A stretch of 64,000 bases of DNA from an uncultured Actinomycetes bacterium (GTDB lineage: Bacteria; Actinomycetota; Acidimicrobiia; IMCC26256; PALSA-555): assembly GCA_963731625.1 (NCBI GenBank), contig CAVSWH010000001.1, positions 1,608,570 through 1,672,569 of the forward strand, in the 5' to 3' direction. Positions 51,462-64,000 of this stretch are shown piece after piece. A model generated the notes under the pieces. That model saw nothing but the letters and a program-made list of their open reading frames with translations. It searched no databases and was not told the origin of the DNA. How positions within the stretch are numbered: the stretch's first letter is position 1; each line of letters begins with the position of its first letter. Position numbers and translations under genes: made by a program.

Positions 51462-52565
51462 GTGAAGTTCCGATGCGAACGCGACACCCTCGCCGAGGCC
51501 GTCGGCACGGCGTATCGGGCCGTCGCGTCTCGCACCGGGGCGCTGCCCGTGCTCTCGGGTCTGCTCGTGCGCCTCCAGGCCGGCGAGGTGGAGCTCGTGG
51601 GCTCGGACCTCGAGCTGACCATCCGGGTGCGGGTCCCGGCCGAGGTCGACGGTGTCGGCAGCGCGGTCCTCGTCGCCCGGCTGCTCCAGGAGCTGATGGG
51701 TCGCCTGGCAGCGGGCGCGGTGCGCGTCGAGATCGGCGACGACCAGGCGAAGATCGAGGCCGGGCGGTTCCGGTCCGAGCTGCGGACGCTCGCGGCGTCG
51801 GACTTTCCGCGCCTCCCGGAACCGGAGGGCCCCGGCGTGACCGTCGCCGCCGGGCCGCTCGCGCAGGGGCTGCGCCAGGTGGTGCCGGCCGCCTCGAGGG
51901 ACGACGCCCGACCGATCCTGACCGGTGTGCTCCTCGCGTCGACCGCCGACGGGGTCCGCCTCGTCGCCACCGACTCCTACCGGCTGGCCGTGCGGGACCT
52001 GCCGGGTGTGAGCCTCCTCGAGGAGGGCCGGACGGTGCTCGTGGGCGCGAAGGGCCTGAGCGAGCTGCAGCGCCTCTTGCCGTCCGACGGCGACGTCGAG
52101 GTCTTCCTCGGCGAGCGCGAGGTCACCTTCCGGCTCGACACGACCGAGCTCACTGCCCGCCTCGTGGAAGGCGAGTTCCCGAACTACCAGCAGCTCGTCC
52201 CGAGCGGCTACCCGAACCGGCTCACCGTGGAACGCGACGCGCTCGCCGATGCGCTGAACCGTGTCCGGCTCGTCGCCGGCCAGAACCGCGACTCGAGCCC
52301 GGTGCGCCTCGCGATGAGCTCGTCGGGCGTCGAGCTGTCCGCGACGGCGCAGGACGTGGGTCAGTCCTACGAGCCGGTCGAGGCGAAGTACGAGGGGACC
52401 GAGCTCACGGTGGCGTTCAACTCACAGTTCCTCCTCGACGGGCTGGAAGCCGCGGGGTCCGCCGAGATTGTGATCGAGAGCGTCGATCCCCTGAAGCCCG
52501 CGGTGTTGCGTGGGAGCGACGGCCCGGAGTTCCTGTATCTCCTCATGCCGGTGCGGATCGCCTGA
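51462..52565 (+). CDS. dnaN: DNA polymerase III beta clamp
   Basis: MKFRCERD, SRDDARPILTG, ATDSYRLA, GEFPNY, YLLMPVR. Confidence 0.98.
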   Translation: MKFRCERDTLAEAVGTAYRAVASRTGALPVLSGLLVRLQAGEVELVGSDLELTIRVRVPAEVDGVGSAVLVARLLQELMGRLAAGAVRVEIGDDQAKIEAGRFRSELRTLAASDFPRLPEPEGPGVTVAAGPLAQGLRQVVPAASRDDARPILTGVLLASTADGVRLVATDSYRLAVRDLPGVSLLEEGRTVLVGAKGLSELQRLLPSDGDVEVFLGEREVTFRLDTTELTARLVEGEFPNYQQLVPSGYPNRLTVERDALADALNRVRLVAGQNRDSSPVRLAMSSSGVELSATAQDVGQSYEPVEAKYEGTELTVAFNSQFLLDGLEAAGSAEIVIESVDPLKPAVLRGSDGPEFLYLLMPVRIA

Positions 52566-52587
52566 GCCCGCCGCCGGGTCGTCCCGC

Positions 52588-53709
52588 GTGCACCTGACGA
52601 CCCTCGCGCTCACCGAGTTCCGCTGCTATCCCGAGGCGGAGGTGACGTTCCCTCCCGCGGTCACGGTTGTCACCGGCGCGAACGGGCAGGGGAAGACGAG
52701 CCTCCTCGAGGCGATCGGCTGGCTCGCCCTCGGTCGGTCCTTCCGCGGTGTCCCCGACGCCGCGCTGGTTCGCGACCACGCCGACTGCGCGATCGTGCGA
52801 GGCAGCGTGGTCCACGACGGGAGCGTGCGCCGGGTCGATGTCGAGCTGCGCGCCGCCGGCCGTCACCGCATCCTCTTGAACGGGCACCCGGCCGCCCGCA
52901 CCCGCGACCTGCTCGGCAGCCTGCGCGTGACCGTCTTCGCGCCCGACGACCTCCAGCTGGTGAAGGCGGGGCCGGCCAGCCGGCGCGACTACCTGGACGA
53001 CCTGCTCGTCGCGGCCGTCCCGCGGTACGCCGCGGTCCGCGGCGACTTCGATCGCGTCCTCCGCCACCGCAACGCGCTCCTGCGCGGCGGGGCCCACGAC
53101 GCCGAGGCCCGAGCGACCCTCGCCGTCTTCGACGATCAGCTCGTCACGATCGGTGGCGAGCTGACGCGCGGCCGGCTCCGTGTCGTGGCGCGGCTCGGGC
53201 CGATGGTCGACGTCGCGTATCGGGCGCTGGCCCACGACGCGCACGGCGTCACGGCCCGCTACGAGCCCGGATGGGACGCGAGCGAGCACGACCTCGTCCC
53301 GGACGACGTGGAGAGTCGCCTGCGGGACGCGCTCGCCCGCACGCGGGCCCAGGAGCAGGCGCGCGGCGTCACGCTGGTCGGGCCGCACCGTGACGAGTGG
53401 CGCCTCCAGATCGACCGACGCGACAGCCGGACGCACGCGTCGCAGGGCGAGCAGCGCAGCCTGGCGCTCGCGCTGCGCCTCGCGGCCCACCGGGTGATCA
53501 CCGAGGTCGTCGGCAGCGAGCCCGTGCTCTTGCTCGACGACGTGTTCAGCGAGCTCGACGCCGACCGCGCCCGCGCCCTCGTGGCCGCCTTGCCCCCCGA
53601 GGCGCAGACGGTGATCACGACCGCGAGCAGCGTCCCGTCAGGGATCCACCCGGCCGTCCGCCTCGACGTCGGGCGCGGCCGGATCGTCGCCGCGCCGGAG
53701 CGGTCATGA
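52588..53709 (+). CDS. recF: DNA replication/repair protein RecF
   Basis: GANGQGKTSLLEAI, GPHRDE, SQGEQRS, LLLDDVFSELD. Confidence 0.97.
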   Translation: MHLTTLALTEFRCYPEAEVTFPPAVTVVTGANGQGKTSLLEAIGWLALGRSFRGVPDAALVRDHADCAIVRGSVVHDGSVRRVDVELRAAGRHRILLNGHPAARTRDLLGSLRVTVFAPDDLQLVKAGPASRRDYLDDLLVAAVPRYAAVRGDFDRVLRHRNALLRGGAHDAEARATLAVFDDQLVTIGGELTRGRLRVVARLGPMVDVAYRALAHDAHGVTARYEPGWDASEHDLVPDDVESRLRDALARTRAQEQARGVTLVGPHRDEWRLQIDRRDSRTHASQGEQRSLALALRLAAHRVITEVVGSEPVLLLDDVFSELDADRARALVAALPPEAQTVITTASSVPSGIHPAVRLDVGRGRIVAAPERS

Positions 53710-54035
53710 GTGGGGGACGGCCGCCGGATGAGGATCCGGACTCCCCGACCCGCCTCGGCGATGCGCTGCGATCCGTGGGGAACGAGCTCGGGCTGCCCGA
53801 GCCCGACCTCGTCGCGTCCCTCGTGGACCACTGGCCCGACGTCGTCGGCCCGGCCGTCGCCGAGCACGCCCGTCCGCGCAGCCTCCGCGACGGCGTCCTG
53901 ACCGTCGCGGTGGACGCGCCACCGTGGGCGACGCAGCTGCGATACCTCGAGCACGACATCCGCGCGCGCCTCCGGGAGATCAGCGGGCGCGACAGCGTCG
54001 AATCCGTCCGGATCGTCGTCGAAGCGCCGCGCTGA
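53706..54035 (+). CDS. dciA: DUF721/DciA helicase-loader family protein
   Basis: HWPDVVGPAVAEHARP, WATQLRYL; canonical recF-gyrB position. Confidence 0.88.
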   Translation: MSGGRPPDEDPDSPTRLGDALRSVGNELGLPEPDLVASLVDHWPDVVGPAVAEHARPRSLRDGVLTVAVDAPPWATQLRYLEHDIRARLREISGRDSVESVRIVVEAPR

Positions 54036-54177
54036 GCGCGCGTGTGGGCGGGGCCACCGACAGGCCTCTGGTAAACTGACGTGTGTCGTTCGGGCTTGTT
54101 GACCATGCGTGGTGGCGTGCCGGTGGTCAGCGAGACCAGGAATCGCCCCTTCCCCCGACGCCCCCGCTCGACTGTGA

Positions 54178-58567
<4,390 letters not shown>

Positions 58568-58571
<4 letters not shown>

Positions 58572-59682
58572 GCACCCCGCCTGAGGAGTTGCCGGCGTCC
58601 TCCGACAGCGAGCCGAAGAAGCCGGCGCGCCGTCGCGGCGCGAATGACAACGATGCGTCCTCCGGGAACGGCCCTGTCGTCGCGTCCGCGAACGACGCAC
58701 CGGCGCCGCCGCGACGGCGCGCCTCCGGCGCGGCCGCGCCCGCGGTGACCGCAGCGGCCGCCTCGGAGGCGGCAACGCCACTGGCCGGTGAGTCGACCGC
58801 CGCGTTGAAGCCTCCGGACGGGGAGCGGGCCTCGCGACGCAGTCGGCGCAGGTCCTCGTCGGCGGACACCGCGACGGCGAAGAGCGACGACGGCGCGAAG
58901 GCCGAGGATGCCGTGAAGGCCGACCCGCAGCGCAGCGCCGCCGCGACGGCGACAGCGGATGTGGCCGACAAGACCGACGCGAAGGCGTCGCCCGCGACGA
59001 CGTCGAAGCTGGCGTCGAGCACCGACGCCGCGCCCGCGCCGCCGCGCCGCTCGAAGCGCGCCGGGGCCGACGCCCCCGCGCCGGCCGCGGCGGCGGTCAG
59101 CGCGCTCGACGTGCCGTCGCTGGCCACCTCCGAGGCCGACGCCGAGGCCGAGCTCGTCGACGACACCGAGGCGCCGCCGCGCCGTCGCTTCGGACGCTTT
59201 GGTCGAACGGTCAGCGCGTCGATCCCGGCGGTGCCGGCCGTCGAGTCCGCGCCGGTGACGGTCGTCCCGGCGAAGGCGATCACCGGCCCGACGACCGCAG
59301 TCGCGCGCCCCGACCGCACCTACCGCCAGACGGTCACGAAGGTCGACCTGTGGTCGGTCACGAAGCTGTCACTGTGCTTCTACCTCAGCGCGATGTTCGT
59401 CACGGTCGTCGCGTTCGTCGCGCTCTGGATCATCGCCGACGCCGCCGGGATCATCCACAGCGTCGAGAAGTTCCTCGGCGACCTACTCTCCGCGAAGAAC
59501 TTCCACTTCCTTTCCGCCACGGTGCTCCGCGGCGCCATCCTCATCGGGCTCGTGGTGGTGGCCCTGCAGGTCGTGATCACCGTGATCGCGGCGTCCTTCT
59601 ACAACATCTTCGCCGAGCTCTTCGGCGGGGTGGAGATCACGGTGAAGGAAGAGGGCCCCGCCGAGTACCTTGACCCGTCCTT

Positions 59683-59692
<10 letters not shown>
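58568..59692 (+). CDS. DUF3566 protein with long Ala/Ser/Pro/Arg-rich N-terminal extension
   Basis: KVDLWSVTKLSLCF...FYNIFAELFGGVEITV; canonical position after gyrA. Confidence 0.88.
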
Positions 59693-59756
<64 letters not shown>

Positions 59757-60217
59757 CGACGAGGACTTCACCGTTGGCGCCGGGTTGGGTTCACCGTTGC
59801 GGCTCCGGCGGGGACATCTGGCGCGACATCATCGCCACCGAGCCTTGAGGACCCAGTAGCCGACTGCCGGTTCTACCGGAGGCCTTGGGCCGAAGCTCGT
59901 TACGGGTCGGTTCGTTGCCGGGTGGCGCGACGAAGCCGCCTGAAGGTCTCGCGAGCCCAACCTGCGCGCGGGCCCGTTGTGCGAGTACTGCCCCGCACTT
60001 TGTCGGTGCGAGGTTGGCGCCACCTTCATGGCGGAGCGCAACCAGTAGTCACCAACCGCGTCGTGGCCCGGGCGCAGGAATGATGAATCGTGATCGGCTA
60101 GCCGGGGTCGGAACGGAGCGCTGATCATGTGCGTGGCACGCGTAGAGCTCCGATCGGTCGGTGTTAGCGTTCGGGCGTTCTTGGCCTGCGGGCCAGGCGA
60201 AGGCGGAGGGAGCCCGG

Positions 60218-61738
60218 GTGCGGTCGGTGAGGGGTCCGGTCGCGGCTGGGCTGGTCGGGCTGGTGGTGGTGGCGGGGTCGCTGGTCGCGATCGGGGTGGC
60301 CCCCGCGGGGGCAACATCCCTGGTGCACAACGAGGCGGAGTTCCGGGCCGCGTGGACCAATAACGCCGAGACCGAGATCGACCTGGCCAACGACATCACC
60401 TTCACCACGCCCTGTGCCAACCCCAGCGGCTCCACCGGGGCGGTCCGGGCCACCACGACCCCGTTGACCGTGAACGGCAACGGGCACACGCTCACGCTCT
60501 GCACCAACGCTGGGAACGGCGTGCTCGAACAGGACAGCTCGGGTGCGCTCACGTTCCAGAACGTCACCGTCACCGGTGGCACCGCGACGACCTCCCCCGG
60601 CATCGGGGGTGCGATCTTCACTGGCGGTGTGGTGACGGTGACGAACTCGACGTTCACCAACAACACTGCCGACGGCATCGGGGGCGGTGCGATCTTCGCT
60701 GACGGTGCAGCGGTGACGGTGACGAACTCGACGTTCACCGGCAACACTGCCCCCGGCGACGCCGGGGGTGCGGTCTTCGCTTTTGGTGTGGTGACGGTGA
60801 CGAACTCGACGTTCACCAACAACACCGCCGCCGGCAGCGGTGCGATCTTCGACGAGGGTGGTGCCGTGACGGTGACGAACTCGACGTTCACCGGCAACAC
60901 CGCCCCCGGCGGCACCGGGGGCGCGATCGTGACTGGCGGTGTGGTGACGGTGACGAACTCGACGTTCGCCAACAACACTGCATCCAGCGGCGGGGGTGCG
61001 ATCGGCACCGGTAATGCGGTCATGGTGACGAACTCGACGTTCACCGGCAACGCCGCATCCAGCGGCGACGGGGGTGCGATCACTGGCGCAGCGGTGACGG
61101 TGACGAACTCGACGTTCACCGGCAACGCCGCATCCAGCGGCGACGGGGGTGCGATCGGCACCGCCTTTCCGGTCACGGTGACGAACTCGACGTTCACCAA
61201 CAACACCGCGAGCACCGGGGGTGCGGTCTTCGCCAGCAGTGCGCTGAAGGTCGCATATTCGACGTTGACCGGGAACGTCGCCCCAACCGGAAGCGCAGTG
61301 GCGTCAGATACTTCGATCACGTTGTTTGGCTCGGTGTTCGTGAAGCCCGCGGGGACGGGGCCCCTGTGCGCTGGAACGAGCAACTCGTTGGGGTACAACT
61401 ACGCGAACGAGACCCTGAACACCTGCAACCTGATCGCGACGGGGGATAGCAGCCTCGACGCGAACGACCCGCTGCTCGGTGCGCTGGCCAGCAACGGTGG
61501 GCCCACCCAGACCCAGCTGCCCCAAGACGGGCCCAGCCCACTGATCGACGCGATCCCCAACGCGCACTGCGGGGACGGCAACACCCTCGCCGGGTTCACG
61601 ATCACGACCGACCAGCGCGGCCTGCCCCGCCCCGACACGGCCAGCCCCAACTGCGACATCGGCGCCGTGGAGGTGCAGCCACCTGCGGCGGCGACCACCA
61701 CGACAACGCCTGGCCTCACCGCCGCGTTCACCGGGTAG
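60218..61738 (+). CDS. Secreted beta-helix (Pmp/adhesin-like) protein with choice-of-anchor-Q-type C-domain, ending AAFTG-stop
   Basis: RBS GGAGG then GTG 60218; signal ...GVAPAGA; eight GA(I/V)...VTVTNSTFTxN repeats; DPLLGALASNGGPTQT...DQRGLPRP...CDIGAVEV; tail TTTTPGLTAAFTG. Confidence 0.88.
   Translation: MRSVRGPVAAGLVGLVVVAGSLVAIGVAPAGATSLVHNEAEFRAAWTNNAETEIDLANDITFTTPCANPSGSTGAVRATTTPLTVNGNGHTLTLCTNAGNGVLEQDSSGALTFQNVTVTGGTATTSPGIGGAIFTGGVVTVTNSTFTNNTADGIGGGAIFADGAAVTVTNSTFTGNTAPGDAGGAVFAFGVVTVTNSTFTNNTAAGSGAIFDEGGAVTVTNSTFTGNTAPGGTGGAIVTGGVVTVTNSTFANNTASSGGGAIGTGNAVMVTNSTFTGNAASSGDGGAITGAAVTVTNSTFTGNAASSGDGGAIGTAFPVTVTNSTFTNNTASTGGAVFASSALKVAYSTLTGNVAPTGSAVASDTSITLFGSVFVKPAGTGPLCAGTSNSLGYNYANETLNTCNLIATGDSSLDANDPLLGALASNGGPTQTQLPQDGPSPLIDAIPNAHCGDGNTLAGFTITTDQRGLPRPDTASPNCDIGAVEVQPPAAATTTTTPGLTAAFTG
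60608..61215 (+). repeat. Eight intragenic ~70-80 bp repeats (core GTGACGAACTCGACGTTC)
   Basis: Near-identical DNA cores encode VTNSTF in each beta-helix coil. Confidence 0.9.
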
Positions 61739-61743
61739 CGGCG

Positions 61744-61759
61744 CCGTTCGGGCGAACGG
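61744..61759 (+). terminator. Hairpin after beta-helix gene
   Basis: CCGTTCG-gg-CGAACGG, 5 nt after stop; no U-tract. Confidence 0.45.
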
Positions 61760-61764
61760 GGCCG

Positions 61765-61795
61765 TGTAGAAATCGGTCGCTGAGGGTGTAGATCC
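61765..61795 (+). repeat. 31-bp module copy 1
   Basis: TGTAGAAATCGGTCGCTGAGGGTGTAGATCC. Confidence 0.9.
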
Positions 61796-61873
61796 ATGCC
61801 CCGACCATGTGGCTCCGCCTGCGCCGGCAAGGGCGTAGCGTCCTGCCGTTCGGTCGAGGCGGAGGAGACGCCG

Positions 61874-62947
61874 GTGCGGTTGCGCATCGCTAGTTTCGGT
61901 CTTGGTGCGGTCGCGACCGCGCTGTTCGGCGTCGTGGCGTTGGCAGGTTCGGGCCCAGCGGGGGCGGCGTCGACGACGCTGTACTCCTCCCTCACCGGGT
62001 TTACCGGGTTTGTGCCGAGCGCGGCGACGGTGCCTGCGGGGATCTGTTTCGTGACGATCGCCGCTGCGGGTGGGCAGGGAGGGACCACGAGTGTCGCCGG
62101 TGGCGCCGGCGCGTCGGTCGCGGCGCGTGTCGCTGCCGCGCCGGGGAGCGTCTTGGCCGTGCTCGTCGCTGGCGCGGGCGGCCTTGTAGATGGCGGCACC
62201 GGTGGCGGGGGCGGGGCTGGGGGCGGGGAAGGCGAGGGGGGTGGTGGGGCATCGGCTGCGAGCTCGAATGGTGTGCCGCTGGTCGTTGCCGGGGGCGGCG
62301 GTGGCGCGAGCAACGGCGTAGGCGGCGCGGGTGGACCCATTGCGGGGAACGCGAGTCCGGGCGGCGGCGGTGATCCCGGCGGCGGCGGGACCGGCGCCGG
62401 GGTGAGCGGCGCGGGTGGGTTCCGCGGCGGCACGGGTGGGACGGTGACCACGACCGGGGCCGCGACCGGGGCCGTCGGCGGCAGCGGTGGCAACGGTGAC
62501 GGCAACGCAGGTGGTGGCGGCGGAGCGGGGACCTTCACGTCGGCGCCTGGAGCGAACGGCGGCGCGGGCGGCGCGGGATCGGGCGCGGGCGGAACCGGCA
62601 GTGCCGGCAGCGGAAAGGGCGGTGCGGGCGCCGCGCCCGGCGGCACCGGCGGGAGCTCCAGCGATCAAGGCGGCGGCGGTGGTGGCGGCGCCCCCGGCGT
62701 GGGCGGTGGTGGTGGTGGTGTCGATGGTGGCGGGGGCGCAGGCTACGCGGGCGGCGGCGGAGGGGGCGGCGCAGGTTCGGGAGGAGGCGGGGGATCGTCG
62801 TTCGCCGCGCCCGGCGCGACCGGGATCCAGAACCTCGGACCCAACACCGGAGACGGCAGCGTCGCGATCACCTACGACCCGAGCACCGACGCCTGCCCGG
62901 TTGTCGCGCCGGCCGCGGTCGCCCCGACGGCTGCGTTCACCGGGTAG
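61874..62947 (+). CDS. Secreted glycine-rich protein ending AAFTG-stop
   Basis: RBS GGAGG then GTG 61874; signal ...GSGPAGA; ATVPAGICFVTIAAAGGQGG glycine-rich domain; GDGSVAITY; tail PVVAPAAVAPTAAFTG. Confidence 0.87.
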   Translation: MRLRIASFGLGAVATALFGVVALAGSGPAGAASTTLYSSLTGFTGFVPSAATVPAGICFVTIAAAGGQGGTTSVAGGAGASVAARVAAAPGSVLAVLVAGAGGLVDGGTGGGGGAGGGEGEGGGGASAASSNGVPLVVAGGGGGASNGVGGAGGPIAGNASPGGGGDPGGGGTGAGVSGAGGFRGGTGGTVTTTGAATGAVGGSGGNGDGNAGGGGGAGTFTSAPGANGGAGGAGSGAGGTGSAGSGKGGAGAAPGGTGGSSSDQGGGGGGGAPGVGGGGGGVDGGGGAGYAGGGGGGGAGSGGGGGSSFAAPGATGIQNLGPNTGDGSVAITYDPSTDACPVVAPAAVAPTAAFTG

Positions 62948-62950
62948 CGG

Positions 62951-62964
62951 CGCGGTTCACCGCG
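62951..62964 (+). terminator. Hairpin after glycine-rich gene
   Basis: CGCGG-ttca-CCGCG, 3 nt after stop; no U-tract. Confidence 0.4.
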
Positions 62965-62975
62965 AGCGGGACCCT

Positions 62976-63006
62976 TGTAGAAATCGGCCGCGGAGCGTGT
63001 AGATCC
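62976..63006 (+). repeat. 31-bp module copy 2
   Basis: TGTAGAAATCGGCCGCGGAGCGTGTAGATCC, 28/31 identical to copy 1. Confidence 0.9.
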
Positions 63007-63072
63007 GTGGTCCACGCATCTGCACGTCACCTGTGCCAGTAGGGCTGTCCGCAACGGTGAAGTCCTCACGAC

Positions 63073-63103
63073 GAGAGAAATCGGTCGCTTAGGGTGTAGA
63101 TCC
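63073..63103 (+). repeat. 31-bp module copy 3
   Basis: GAGAGAAATCGGTCGCTTAGGGTGTAGATCC, 27/31 identical to copy 1. Confidence 0.88.
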
Positions 63104-63167
63104 GTGGCTCACCCATGCGGTTCCACCCGCGCTTGCCAGTGCTGCCGGCAACGATGAAGCCTTCACG

Positions 63168-63305
63168 ATGAGAAACGCTCGTCGCATCGCCCTGGTCGTG
63201 CTCTGCGCGCTCCTCGCCGGCATCGTCGTGCGCCTGCGCGGTAAGGGCAGCGTCCCGCCCACCAACGGCGGCTGGCGGGAGCTCGAGGGCCCCGACTTCC
63301 GGTGA
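63168..63305 (+). CDS. 45-aa single-TM small protein
   Basis: Below track cutoff. MRNARRIALVVLCALLAGIVVRLRGKGSVPPTNGGWRELEGPDFR; stop overlaps the next GTG (GTGA). Confidence 0.7.
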   Translation: MRNARRIALVVLCALLAGIVVRLRGKGSVPPTNGGWRELEGPDFR

Positions 63306-64000
63306 CGACCGCCCTGCTGGTCGGCGCCGGCGCCGTGGGGGTGCGCGCCGGCCGGCAGCTCGTCGACACGCCGGGCCTCGAGCGGCTGCTCGTCGCGGAC
63401 CGTCACGCCGAACGTGCCGCGGAGCTCGCGGAGGCGCTCGGCGGCAGCGCCGTGCCGTACGGGCCGCTCCCGGCCGGCACCGACGTGGTCGCGCTCGCCA
63501 TCCCCGGCGATCCCGCCGTCCCGTACGCGCACCGCGCAGCCGTCGCGCGCGTGCCCGTCGCCGCGGTCAGCGACGACCCGGCCGGCCTGACCGGCCTCCT
63601 CGCCCTCGATCCGCTCGCCCGGGACCAAGGCGTCGCAGTCGTCGTCGGCTGCGCGCTGGCGCCCGGGATCTCCGACGTCCTGGCCCGCCACGCGGCGGAT
63701 GCACTCGACGCCGCCGACGAGGTCTACGTCGCGCGCGTCGGCGCGGCGGGCGAGGCCTGCGCCGCGACGGTGCGCCGCGCTCGACGGGAGCGGCCGGTCG
63801 AGTGGCGCGACGGCGGGCCGCGCACGGCGCGTCGGCTCGGGCCCGAGCTCGTCTGGTTTCCCGACCCGGTCGGGGCACGGGAGTGCGTCAGCGTCGCCGG
63901 TGTCGAGACCATCCACCAAGCCGTGCCGACCGTGACGAGGGCGACGCTGCGCGCCGCGGACGTCCCCCCGCCCCGGCGCCGCCTGGTCGGGCCGCCGCGG
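63302..64000 (+). CDS. Saccharopine-dehydrogenase-like Rossmann oxidoreductase (runs off window end)
   Basis: MTTALLVGAGAVGVRAGRQL...LLVADR; VVGCALAPGISDVLA motif; frame appears open to window end. Confidence 0.75.
   Translation, partial: MTTALLVGAGAVGVRAGRQLVDTPGLERLLVADRHAERAAELAEALGGSAVPYGPLPAGTDVVALAIPGDPAVPYAHRAAVARVPVAAVSDDPAGLTGLLALDPLARDQGVAVVVGCALAPGISDVLARHAADALDAADEVYVARVGAAGEACAATVRRARRERPVEWRDGGPRTARRLGPELVWFPDPVGARECVSVAGVETIHQAVPTVTRATLRAADVPPPRRRLVGPPR

Larger units (their letters stand above)
59761..63067. mobile_element. Non-autonomous 3.3-kb element with 16-bp perfect TIRs and 5-bp flanking direct repeat at tRNA-Ile 3' end
   Basis: Left GAGGACTTCACCGTTG (59761-59776) equals the reverse complement of right CAACGGTGAAGTCCTC (63052-63067); ACGAC at 59756-59760 and 63068-63072; no transposase inside. 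Confidence 0.65.

Noticed and set aside
61727-62962. TTCACCG shared by the TIRs and the FTG codons as evidence that FTG is just a DNA recombination site
   Set aside because: TTC ACC G is simply the preferred high-GC coding of F-T-G (also frequent inside the beta-helix repeats), and the tRNA-Gly gene encodes FTG with different codons.
59761-63067. Assignment to Tn7/CAST or Tn3
   Set aside because: Ends start GAGG rather than TG or GGGG, the TIR is only 16 bp, and no tns/tniQ/tnpA genes are present.
61724-63072. Integron attC cassette array
   Set aside because: No RYYYAAC/GTTRRRY core pairs and no integron integrase; only the architecture is analogous.
61765-63103. 31-bp repeats as a CRISPR array
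   Set aside because: Only three copies, separated by about 1.18 kb and 66 nt; the intervening sequences are homologous to each other rather than unique; no cas genes in the window.

Overview
High-GC actinobacterial chromosome segment around the replication origin; gene content suggests an Acidimicrobiia-like organism (inference). Core blocks: purD(partial)-purA, clpB-hspR-dnaJ-grpE-dnaK with HAIR-like operators, dnaB-rplI-rpsR-ssb-rpsF, padR-ino1, CCA enzyme, murJ-degV-kinase-trxBA-cwlM-like, parB-parA-(2x parS)-rsmG-jag-yidC-yidD-rnpA-rpmH, dnaA-oriC-dnaN-recF-dciA-gyrB-gyrA-DUF3566-tRNA-Ile. There are three accessory pieces. (1) A solo IS607-type TnpB with a recognisable omegaRNA scaffold (about 8.8-10.2 kb). 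(2) A 1.2-kb integrase-less islet bounded by a duplicated tRNA-Gly 3' half. (3) A 3.3-kb transposase-less element abutting tRNA-Ile, with perfect 16-bp terminal inverted repeats, 5-bp flanking direct repeats and a thrice-repeated intergenic module. The most striking signal is that all three cargo genes of the two tRNA-linked islets encode secreted surface-type proteins (two glycine-rich, one beta-helix/choice-of-anchor-Q) ending in the same naked C-terminal motif x-x-F-T-G-stop with no transmembrane helix. This is a candidate undescribed protein-sorting/anchoring signal. Six single-base indels, including in essential gyrA and rplI and mostly in G/C runs, point to long-read assembly errors. Start codons were re-chosen by hand where RBS, -10 or homology evidence disagreed with the ORF track.
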